Origin: Octopus sinensis
Taxonomy: Eukaryota
Length of the DNA stretch: 64,000 nucleotides
Direction of reading: 5' to 3'
NCBI RefSeq assembly: GCF_006345805.1
Contig: NC_043023.1
Location: 20,956,001-21,020,000 of the forward strand
Of the stretch, positions 54,493 to 64,000 are shown piece by piece (positions within the stretch are counted from its first letter, which is position 1; each line of letters begins with the position of its first letter). The notes under the pieces are model-generated. The model did no database searches. It saw only the letters and a list, made by a program, of their open reading frames with translations, and was not told the origin of the DNA. A program made the position numbers and the translations under genes.

Positions 54493-55080
54493 TCAAACTT
54501 GAAATCTTCAAAGCCACAGTCGAACCAATTCTACTCTATGGCTCAGAAACCTGCACGTTATCAAAGAAGCTTGAGAAGCGGTTGGATGGAACCTACACTC
54601 GCCTCCTTATGAGAGCTCAAAATCTCTCGTGGAGGCGCCATCCAACCAAAATGCAAATATATGGGAAACTACCACCTGTGTCATCTCTTGTGAAAGGTAG
54701 GAGAGTCCAGTTTGCTGGACATTGTTGTAGAGCTGAAAAAGAGGTAATTTCTACTCTTCTCCTCTGGAAGCCATCTGCTCGCAATACCAGAGGGCGCACA
54801 CTCTCCTACCCTGATGTAATCTCCAGGGATACAGGCATCCAGCATCAGGACCTCCGTGATGCCATGATGGACCGTGAAGTCTGGCGTAGCATGGTAAATT
54901 CCATTGTCTCGACCATGGTCGCAATACCAGAGGGCGCACATTCTCCTACCCTGATGTAATCTCCAGGGGTACAGGCATCCAGCATCAGGACCTCCGTGAT
55001 GCTATGATGGAGCGTGAAGTCTGGCGTAGCATAGTAAATTCCATTGTCTCGACCACGGTCGAACAATGATGATGATGAAG
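54493..55080 (+). mobile_element. RTE-group LINE 3' end with an internal duplication of about 140 bp and (GAT)n tail
   Basis: FKATVEPILLYGSET...LDGTYTRLLMRAQNLSW...QFAGHC...AMMDREVWR. Confidence 0.88.
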
Positions 55081-55285
55081 TAATGGTAAGAACATCGTTT
55101 AAATGTGATATCATGCAATACACAGTTACCCGTCTTTAACTGTAGTCTATAAGTCTAAAAATATTTTAACTCACACATTTTCACATTCACCCTTATATTT
55201 CAGACATTTACTCGTAAGCTTGAAATTATTACTCAAATCTTCCCGTAACGTAATAACACTTCCTAAACACTGTTTTAGTGTATGA

Positions 55286-55813
55286 CTAGCAGCATAGCCC
55301 GGCGTTGCCCGGGTATGTAAGAGCCCCTAGTAGGCAACGACTAATCCCAATCTAGTCCTTTCCCTCTAATTTCCTGCCAATTTGTGAAAGATATTGTCGA
55401 AAATATGTCATCTTGAATTTGAACGCGAATTCCCAAAATGGCATGATTTTATCGATTTTTTCTGATGGTAAGGTATTGCATGGAAAACTAACGTCAGAAT
55501 TAAGTTTCTTAGGGTAACATTAAGCTTCACCATGAGTTTGGTGAAAATCGATTGCAAGTTGCGAAAACTACAACAGAAAATGTGTTGCATATAAAAAGCT
55601 TAGATTCTCGACCCCATGTCGAATTTATCGATTCTTTTCAGAACTAGGGGAACTTTTCAAAATTTTCGCTGCGTTAGTTTTGAATTATGACATTGGGCTA
55701 TGTGTGTGTCAAGTTTCATCAGAATCGGTTGAAAGCCATGGCCAGGGTGAGGGTACAACCTAACAGACACACAGACACGCAGACAGACAAACTGCCGTTT
55801 ATATATAGAGAGA
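55286..55813 (-). mobile_element. Non-autonomous Helitron
   Basis: A|TC start at 55813, hairpin acccgggcaacgccgggc, CTAG|T end at 55286. Confidence 0.82.
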
Positions 55814-55909
55814 TGATTCACCTATATTAACATCATATTTCCTTCATTTACATAAATATGAATGAACTTGTTGAACAGTGTTTAATAAGTGAAATCATAT
55901 TTTTCTTTG

Positions 55910-56270
55910 TAGTTTCAGCTCATAGCTGTGGCCATGTTGGAGCACCACCGTTTTGCTACACTGTTATTACTGAGATCTTCTTCTAATTAGCGGCACTTGG
56001 TGTAGAATGGCGTTTGATGTAGCTACCCTCATTTGCACCTCTTGCCGTAAGGAAGGCTCATCTGGGACTCTCGACAGGAAGAGGTCCAGGCTTGATTTAA
56101 AAACGCCTACATCTACTTTGTGTAGATTCCTCAGGCTCTTTGGGAGAATATTGAAAAGCTGTGGGTCCCTGAAACCCAGGCTGTTGCAGTAACTAGTCCT
56201 GAAGCGCAATGGCTTTGCTGGGAATTTCAGCAATGTGCAGTGTCGATCCGTTCTGGCTTTCAATGCCAAA
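55910..56270 (-). mobile_element. 3' end of a CR1/Jockey-group LINE (same family as 40500-41200)
   Basis: NSLGFRDPQLFNILPKSLRNL...LDLFLSRVPDEP. Confidence 0.78.
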
Positions 56271-56440
56271 ATTTAACACAATTACTTTCAGGATCTTCCA
56301 GAGGTATTTTATGTATTTAATATTTTTATATAAGTACTCATATCTACACAAATTTACACTAGTAAATTTAATAGTAAAGTAGGAAGGAAGAACGTCTGAA
56401 ATCTTTGGAAAAAATTACACAGATTAAAGGTAATTATACC

Positions 56441-56957
56441 TGTTTAGGACAGGTATAATTTCCAACACAGGAACATGTATCATACATCAAAACAAAGCTG
56501 GTCCTCTGTGGATCACATCCCTACTTCTCAACATAGTCACCGTTTCTCTCAATAGCAATGTTCCACCTTCGAATGAGAGCATGTATCCCTGCCTTGTAAA
56601 ATTCTGTCGACTGTTCTTTGAGCCTTTTCTTCACTACAGTTTTCACTTCCTCGTCACTGGAATAATGTTTGCCTCTCAATCCCTCTTTCAGGGGGCCGAA
56701 GAGATGATAGTCCAGTGACGAGGAAGTGAAAACTGTAGTGAAGAAGTGGCTCAAAGAACAGTCAACAGAAATTTACGGGGATACATGCTCTCATTCGAAG
56801 GTGGACCATTGCTATTGAGAGAAACGATGATTAGGTTGAGAAGTAGGGATGTGATCCACAGAGGACCAGCTTCATTTTGATGTATGATACATGTTCCTGT
56901 GTTGGTAATTATACCTGTCCTAAACAAAATGGCATTACTTTTTGACTCACCCTCGTA
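56441..56957. mobile_element. Mariner 3'-end foldback (two inverted copies of the transposase C-terminus plus TIR)
   Basis: DYHLFGPLKEGLRGKHYSSDEEVK...RW..AIERNGDYVEK* on the minus strand, mirrored on the plus strand; the right TIR ends ...ctcaccctcgta|TA. Confidence 0.85.
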
Positions 56958-57409
56958 TAAATGTATATAACGGGAAGCTTTATGAAAATAGACAAAAGAC
57001 GAAGGCAGGTGGGAAACAAACAAACAATTGTATTAGTATGGCGCTCAGGAAATATAAATAAAACAAGTCGTTAACGTTTCGAGCCTACGCTCTTCAACAG
57101 AAAGATACACAGAGAGAAAAAAAACACAGAAAGGAGGAGAGAAAAAAAATGCGTGCAGTAACTATATATAAATTCATAAATAAGGATAATATCGATATTT
57201 AAATATCGATATAATCAAGTGGTCAGCATGGGAATAAATACCATACAAAGGTAATAATTTTTACAACTATGAATAAGGGTGTCTGCTGAAATAGCAGTCA
57301 AATCTCTGGTGGTTTCTAGAGTCAGGGATTTGACTGCTATTTCAGCATGGTGGTGTCTCTCAGACACCCTTATTTATAGTTGTAAAAAAAAAAAAAATAT
57401 ATATATATA

Positions 57410-57770
57410 TGGTGTCTGCCCTCTCGTTATCGTGTATGGCCATGGCGCGAAGCTTAATCAATGTTGTTATCGTGCAATGCCTGTGCAAGAATATTTGTTT
57501 TAAAGTGAGGAAAGGCTGGGCACTGAGTCAATCCCACTCACTAAGCAACAGCAGCCATAATCCGAAAAGAAGAACAAGTCAACATCATCGGTAACCACTG
57601 AGCTGCAGGTTTTATGTCGGAGTTATCCCAGTTGCCTGAGTTGCCTTCTCCTAGAAGGATGTCCTAAGAAAGGCTAGGAGTTCTTCACTCCCAATGGTTT
57701 AACTGCGCGATCGAGTATTCAGTCCGATTAATTCTATGTCCCCGCGCATGATATAGCCTTAAAACATTTA
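57410..57770 (-). mobile_element. Element E (RTE 5'-UTR-like)
   Basis: Reverse complement of 26985-27290. Confidence 0.75.
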
Positions 57771-57863
57771 TTGGATGGCCGTTGACTCTCACGAGTTCCT
57801 CCACCCTTTGACGGGTTTTGTTTATCATCCCGCGGGGTGTCCAATAAACACCCTCCTCAGCAA

Positions 57864-57937
<74 letters not shown>

Positions 57938-57943
<6 letters not shown>

Positions 57944-58705
57944 ACATATAAGGGATGGTCATAATAGGACATCCGACTCACTAGAAAGAGCAGCCAAACT
58001 CCAAACCACTAATAGTTGTAATTCTGAAATGGAAAGAGAAATAAAAACGTTTACCCTCTCCTTTCTGGACTATGCATAGTTTCGGCAGTTTATATTTACT
58101 GGCGAGTAAACCGCGCGAGCGTGGTGGATTTTGAAAATTTATAGCATATAGACTCGAGGCATGTTTATCATCGCCTCGTGGATATATGTTAGTCCTTGGC
58201 TTTTCGGCTGACGAGGCAACGCCAGTGGTAAATAAATAAATTTATTTACAAAAGATTGCCGAAACTATGCATAGTCCAGAGAGGAGAGGGTAAACGTCTT
58301 TATTTCTCTTTCCATTTCAGAATTACAACTATTAGTGGTTTGGAGTTTGGCTACTCTTTCTAGTGAGTCGGATGTCCTATTATGGCCATCCCTTATATGT
58401 TTGAATGTATATTATATAGTCTATTGACTATTTTTGCTTTCTCACTTGACCGCTGATAGTGGAGAATTTTTCTAGAATTGTTTGCTACCCTAAAATTTAT
58501 TAAGTAATGATTTTTTGGCTAATTTTGAAATTAAATCGGCAGTTTATATTTACTGTTGAGTAAACCGCGCGAGCGTGGTGGATTTTGAAAATTTATAGCA
58601 TATAGACTCGAGGCATGTTTATCATCGCCTCGTGGATATATGTTAGTCCTTGGCTCTTCTGCTGACGAGGCAACGCCAGTGGTAAATAAATAAATTTATT
58701 TACGA
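57938..58705. mobile_element. Penelope-type pLTR cassette: 155-bp inverted repeats plus a 165-bp direct repeat
   Basis: Inverted repeat arms at 57938-58089 and 58255-58410; the spacer 58082-58250 recurs at about 58536-58702. Confidence 0.8.
58200..58284 (+). ncRNA. Type I hammerhead ribozyme, intact core
   Basis: cttttcgg-CTGACGA(58208-14)-ggcaa...ttgcc-GAAA(58261-64)-ctatgcatagTC/cagagagg. Helix III is the palindrome ACTATGCATAGT; GUC site, cleavage predicted after 58276; helix I pairs 7/8. Confidence 0.78.
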
Positions 58706-59005
58706 AATGTGGATGTAAAGAAAGATATTAAAAGATATATTTATTTACGAAATGTGGATGTAAAGAAAGATATAAAAACCGGAAAGAATGGCTTCGTATT
58801 TACGTGAATGTTCTACACGGTGTATTAAACCAACACCAGTTTCTTTTTCTGTAGGTCACGCGTCGAGGACATCTATATGTACAGACCCTGAAAAAAAGAA
58901 AGGAATATATGTATTTGTATATATATATATATATCATATACTTGTGTATGTATATATATATATATATATACATATAATATATTATATATATATGTATATA
59001 TATAT

Positions 59006-59098
<93 letters not shown>

Positions 59099-59267
59099 CA
59101 TATATACGACAGGCTTCTTTCACAAGGCATTGGTCGGCCCGGGGCTATAGCAGAAGAAACTTGCCCAAGATGCCACGCAGTGGGACTGAACCCGGAACCA
59201 TGTGGTTGGTTAGCAAGCTATTTACCACACAGCCACGCCTGCGCCTACATATGTATATGTATATAAG

Positions 59268-59336
<69 letters not shown>

Positions 59337-59562
59337 TTGTATATATATATATACATACATATATACATGTATATCTAAATATATATATATGTGTGTGTGT
59401 AACTTTAGAAGTGAATAAAAGAAAAAGGAGAAGAAAAATGAAAAAGATGCTTCGATCGTTTTATTTGTAATGCTAATTAAAAGATGGAAAAGTACCAATA
59501 TGAGTGTAAAAAGAACCGCCTCAACCAACAGAATAACCCCAAAATATCCGAAAAAGATATTC

Positions 59563-59620
<58 letters not shown>

Positions 59621-59976
59621 CTTCCGGTTCCCCCAGAGAAAGACGTGTCTCGCCTTTGCTCTGTTAAAAAAAAACAGAAAAGTTTGCATAAATCGGCGAA
59701 ATAGCCTACTGAAAGTCACAAAACGTAAAATTCAAATCATAAAGTCCACTTACAACACATTGGTTAAAAATATATTAATCAAAAACGTAATATATTTTGC
59801 CTGAAGCCAAATACAGTAATTTTCTTTTCGCCGAAAACGCACATGGTGGACACTCATTGAATTAATTTATCTCCTGTAAGAAGGAAAAAGAAATATCTCT
59901 CCTGGAAAATAATTCCGTAAAGCACAAAAACCCAGACTACATCGTTGGAATAAGTATCACTTTCATCTTCTATTTC

Positions 59977-61450
59977 ATATTTTATCTATTATCTTATTTT
60001 ATTTCCCTTAACTTAAGCTTGCAACTCCGTTAAAAGTTACGAAGGCCGTTTTTGTTTACAATCTCTCAATATCTGTTTCTCGTTTTTATACCTTATCCTC
60101 CTGAAATGGGCTTCAGGATTAAAAAACCCTTTCTTCTCCACACTTTAATATATTTTATCATATTTTATCTATTATCTTATTTTATTTCCCTTAACTTAAG
60201 CTTGCAACTCCGTTAAAAGTTACGAAGGCCGTTTTTGTTTACATTCTCTCAACATCTGTTTCTCGTTTTTATACCTTATCCTCCTGAAATTGACTTCAGG
60301 ATTAAAAAACCCTTTCTTCTCCACACTTTAATATATTTTATCAATATTTTATCTATTATCTTATTTTATTTCCCTTAACTTAAGCTTGCAACTCCGTTAA
60401 AAGTTACGAAGGCCGTTTTTGTTTACATTCTCTCAATATCTGTTTCTCGTTTTTATACCTTATCCTCCTGAAATTGGATTTAGGATTAAAAAACCCTTTC
60501 TTTCTTCTCCACACTTTAATATATTTTATCATATTTTATCTATTATCTTATTTTATTTCCCTTAACTTAAGCTTGCAACTCTGTTAAAAGTTACGAAGGC
60601 CGTTTTTGTTTACATTCTCTCAATATCTGTTTCTCGTTTTTATACCTTATCCTCCTGAAATTGGATTTAGGATTAAAAAACCCTTTCTTTCTTCTCCACA
60701 CTTTAATATATTTTATCATATTTTATCTATTATCTTATTTTATTTCCCTTAACTTAAGCTTGCAACTCTGTTAAAAGTTACGAAGGCCGTTTTTGTTTAC
60801 ATTCTCTCAATATCTGTTTCTCGTTTTTATACCTTATCCTCCTGAAATTGGATTTAGGATTAAAAAACCCTTTCTTTCTTCTCCACACTTTAATATATTT
60901 TATCATATTTTATCTATTATCTTATTTCATTTCCCTTAACTTAAGCTTGCAACTCTGTTAAAAGTTACGAAGGCCGTTTTTGTTTACATTCTCCCATATC
61001 TGTTTCTCGTTTTTATACCTTATCCTCCTGAAATTGGATTTAGGATTAAAAAACCCTTTCTTTCTTCTCCACACTTTAATATATTTTATCATATTTTATC
61101 TATTATCTTATTTTATTTCCCTTAACATAAGCTTGCAACTCTGTTAAAAGTTACGAAGGCCGTTTTTGTTTACATTCTCTCAATATCTGTTTCTGGTTTT
61201 TATACCTTATCCTCCTGAAATTGGATTTAGGATTAAAAAACCCTTTCTTTCTTCTCCACACTTTAATATATTTTATCATATTTTATCTATTATCTTATTT
61301 TATTTCCCTTAACTTAAGCTTGCAATTCCGTTAAAAGTTACGAAGGCCGTTTTTGTTTACATTCTCTCAATATCTGTTTCTCGTTTTTATACCTTATCCT
61401 CCTGAAATTGGCTTCAGGATTAAAAAAACCTTTCTTTCTTTTCCACACTT
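59977..61450. repeat. Tandem array of 8 x about 185-bp units upstream of a LINE
   Basis: aagcttgcaa recurs at about 60014, 60199, 60383, 60569, 60756, 60944, 61129 and 61316. Confidence 0.93.
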
Positions 61451-62138
61451 TAATATATTTTTATTTTTTTTTCTCACTTTCTCTCCGTTTGTGCATATGT
61501 GTGTGTGTGTGCACGTGTATATGTATACGTATATATGCATAGACGCGAACTTTAACAACAATCTTTAATAATTACTTCCTATTTCAGCCTTCCTGTTAAA
61601 AATAAAAAAAAAATTAAAAGTCTCTCTCCTTTTGTTCAAATCTCTCACTTTTCTTAATCTTTCATTTCTATCTCAGTGTCGTAACCCCCTCTCTCTCCTC
61701 TCTTTAACAATCTTTCATTTTCTTAATCCCTCATTTCTATTGCAGCTTTCGTAACCCCCTCTCTTTCTCCCTCTGTCTCTTTACTTCTCTCTATCACACC
61801 ATCTCTCTTCTTTCAGCCATTCAATCTTCCCTTGTCTCTTCACTTCTCCACTTCTCTCTGTCACAATCTTTCCTCTCTCACCTTCTCAATCTCTCTAAAT
61901 ATATAGTCGCATAAATATATATCTTCTTATCTTCTCTCAGCTCTCAATCTTTCCTCTCTCACCTTCTCAATTTCTCTAATTATATAGTCGCATAAATATA
62001 TATCTTCTTATCTTCTCTCAGCTCTCAATCTCTCTAGGTGCACAGTCGCTTTCTTTCTCTGCTTCTTCTCTGCCCGCTGTCACACTATTGAATTTTGAAC
62101 ATAATTAGATAGATAAATAAATAGATAGATTATCCAAC

Positions 62139-62906
62139 ATGTCCAGAGCCTGGAGACCTGACGAACTGGCGTTGTTCGTACGAGCCTGGAAATGCGCCGA
62201 CGGAGAAAACCCAAACAATGTGATTACGGCTGCGCTGAAGAGCGGCAACTACAAAAGGACGGTAGCTCAGATAGAGCGAAAGAAACAGGAATTCAAACGC
62301 TCCTATGCGCTTGTACGGTCGCACATTGGCACACTTGATGCCATTTTTGAGAACGAGCAGAGCAAAGATGGCAAGGATAGAGACGATGAAAGAAGTCACC
62401 CCCACCTGGTGGACACCCGGGAAGGGGTTTTGAGTGAGAAACCTGACCGGGAAGTGAAACCAAGTACAAATGCTCCTACCGGCAGCAAGGGCCATGGAGA
62501 TGGAGAACCCAGGGAAGAAGTAGAGGGAGGAAGAACTAAAAGAAGGACTGAAAGAGCTAAAGGAAAAGCTCAAGCAGGACCAAAGGGTGAAACAGCCAGG
62601 AATAGAAGTGGAACCGCAAGTGATGGAAACAAACAGCGCACACGGGTGTGTAGGTTCTACCTGAGAGGTACCTGCTGGCATGGAGAGGAAGGTGCAGGCT
62701 GCCGCTTTGCACATTGGGGACCCTGCCGCAGAGACACGAAACGAAAACAGATAAACAAACCATCAACACAAGGAAAAGGGATGGACCACGCACCACCTGC
62801 CCCAAAACGGAGGTACGCAGATGTGGTGCGTGCCACAAACCGCCAACATGACGTTGTTGAAAGGGCAGCTGCTGAGCAAGAATCTTTTTTGTGCATGGCA
62901 CAATAG
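62139..62906 (+). CDS. LINE ORF1: Myb/SANT-like N-terminus plus CCCH zinc finger
   Basis: W..DELALFVRAW...RTVAQIERK...FKRSY; CRFYLRGTCWHGEEGAGCRFAH (C-x7-C-x8-C-x3-H). The frame continues 46 codons past the TAG to 63047. Confidence 0.75.
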   Translation: MSRAWRPDELALFVRAWKCADGENPNNVITAALKSGNYKRTVAQIERKKQEFKRSYALVRSHIGTLDAIFENEQSKDGKDRDDERSHPHLVDTREGVLSEKPDREVKPSTNAPTGSKGHGDGEPREEVEGGRTKRRTERAKGKAQAGPKGETARNRSGTASDGNKQRTRVCRFYLRGTCWHGEEGAGCRFAHWGPCRRDTKRKQINKPSTQGKGMDHAPPAPKRRYADVVRATNRQHDVVERAAAEQESFLCMAQ

Positions 62907-62998
62907 ATTGTACAGCAGCTGACCTGGCGTCATCAAACCCAAGCTCACAGGTGGGACTACCCACAATATACAAGACCACCACAGCAAACAGACCCAAG

Positions 62999-64000
62999 AT
63001 GGACACCGCCGGCAACAACATACACCTCACCTCGATGCTCCTACTGAACATCAGAGGACTGCAAACACTCAGTAACAGGACAAAAATCCCGTTCCTGAGA
63101 GATTTTGTCGCATGCAATCAAGCCTTATGCATAGCACTTACGGAAACGCACCTGAAACCGGACATAGCAGATGCGGAATTACACATACCACAGTATGTTG
63201 TACTACGGACCGACAGAAAAGAAAGGAGTCATGGAGGAGTTGCTATGTACATCCGTGAGGACCTCACACCCCAGGTCCTTTTGTCATACTCAAACTCGGT
63301 GTGTGACACACTAATTGTACACATAAGGCAACTCGATGTAGTTGTGTGTGCTACATATCGCCCTCCAGATGCCCCAAGCCATGTAGGCAAGTTTGAAGAC
63401 TGCCTTATAAAAATAGAAGTTCTAATCACATTAGAACAACACATAAGTGTACTTCTCATGGGAGACTTCAATCTACCCAATGTCAGATGGCCTGAGGGCC
63501 TTTCTCTTCCAGGAATGACAAGATGTGAACGAGGACAGGCGAGGTCCCTCCTGAACCTCATCAACACCCTGTACATGGAGCAAGTAATACTCCAACCAAC
63601 CAGGGCAGGTAATACACTGGATCTCTGCTTCACAAATGACATGGATCTCATCCATAATGTGAAAGTGACACCGACACTACTCTCGGATCACAACATGGTA
63701 GAGCTGACCATGTACGGGCCAAAAGAGAGCACGGACATGCAGCCTACAAGAAACCCTCAGAATCTTTCCAGCTTGAACTACCATAAGGCAAACTGGAAAC
63801 AAATTGAGAAAGAGATCCTCAAACAAAACTGGCCTAAATGTCTCTCCTCGCCAGACATCGACGTGAAACTTCAACAATTCATGTCAGTAATGCAAGCCAT
63901 ATGCTACAAATGTGTCCCAGAGAGAAAGGCCACTGTACACAAGAACAAAATCCCCAGAGAGAGGAAAATTTTAATGAGACGGCGTACAAAATTTTCAAAT
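62999..64000 (+). CDS. LINE ORF2 (CR1/Jockey group) AP-endonuclease domain, open to the window edge
   Basis: MDTAGNNIHLTSMLLLNIRGL...ALTETHL...RTDR...GGVAMYI...YRPP...MGDFNLP...PTRAGNTLDLCFT...SDHNMV; no stop found by manual translation. Confidence 0.92.
   Translation, partial: MDTAGNNIHLTSMLLLNIRGLQTLSNRTKIPFLRDFVACNQALCIALTETHLKPDIADAELHIPQYVVLRTDRKERSHGGVAMYIREDLTPQVLLSYSNSVCDTLIVHIRQLDVVVCATYRPPDAPSHVGKFEDCLIKIEVLITLEQHISVLLMGDFNLPNVRWPEGLSLPGMTRCERGQARSLLNLINTLYMEQVILQPTRAGNTLDLCFTNDMDLIHNVKVTPTLLSDHNMVELTMYGPKESTDMQPTRNPQNLSSLNYHKANWKQIEKEILKQNWPKCLSSPDIDVKLQQFMSVMQAICYKCVPERKATVHKNKIPRERKILMRRRTKFSN

Noticed and set aside
57060-57100. Hammerhead (minus strand CTGTTGAAGAGCGTAGGCTCGAAAC)
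   Set aside because: The core reads CUGUUGA (A6 altered) with no clear NUH site or helix I; at most a degenerate pLTR remnant. The same applies to motifs near 34790-34815 and 48360-48385.

Overview
AT-rich, repeat-dense animal genomic DNA. The tRNA-derived SINEs and microsatellite load point to a coleoid cephalopod, most likely Octopus; this is inferred, not shown. About 100 Ns at 48477-48576 mark an assembly gap. The clearest host gene is absent from the supplied ORF track: a minus-strand, spliced thermolysin-family (MEROPS M4, pseudolysin/vibriolysin-like) zinc metalloprotease. It has a signal-peptide exon at 12480-12432, an 11.3-kb phase-1 GT-AG intron, and a stop-free exon from 1147 running off the left edge that encodes the FTP/PepSY propeptide plus HEITH...GGIDESFSD. 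A second, weaker gene candidate is a TATA box plus signal-peptide exon at 41.6-42.1 kb (+). The rest is mostly mobile DNA: several tRNA-SINE families (some in tandem arrays), R4/Dong-like RLE LINEs and a 546-bp non-coding element that sit in (AAT)n tracts, RTE, CR1-like and Tx1 LINE pieces, Penelope-like elements, mariner remnants and two non-autonomous Helitrons. Read as RNA, the Penelope-type terminal repeats contain several type I hammerhead ribozyme motifs with palindromic helix III (about 9.1-9.7, 18.8, 19.7, 26.6, 48.8, 53.1 and 58.2 kb); some are intact and some degenerate. All translations, pairings and coordinates were done by eye, so repeat boundaries are approximate.
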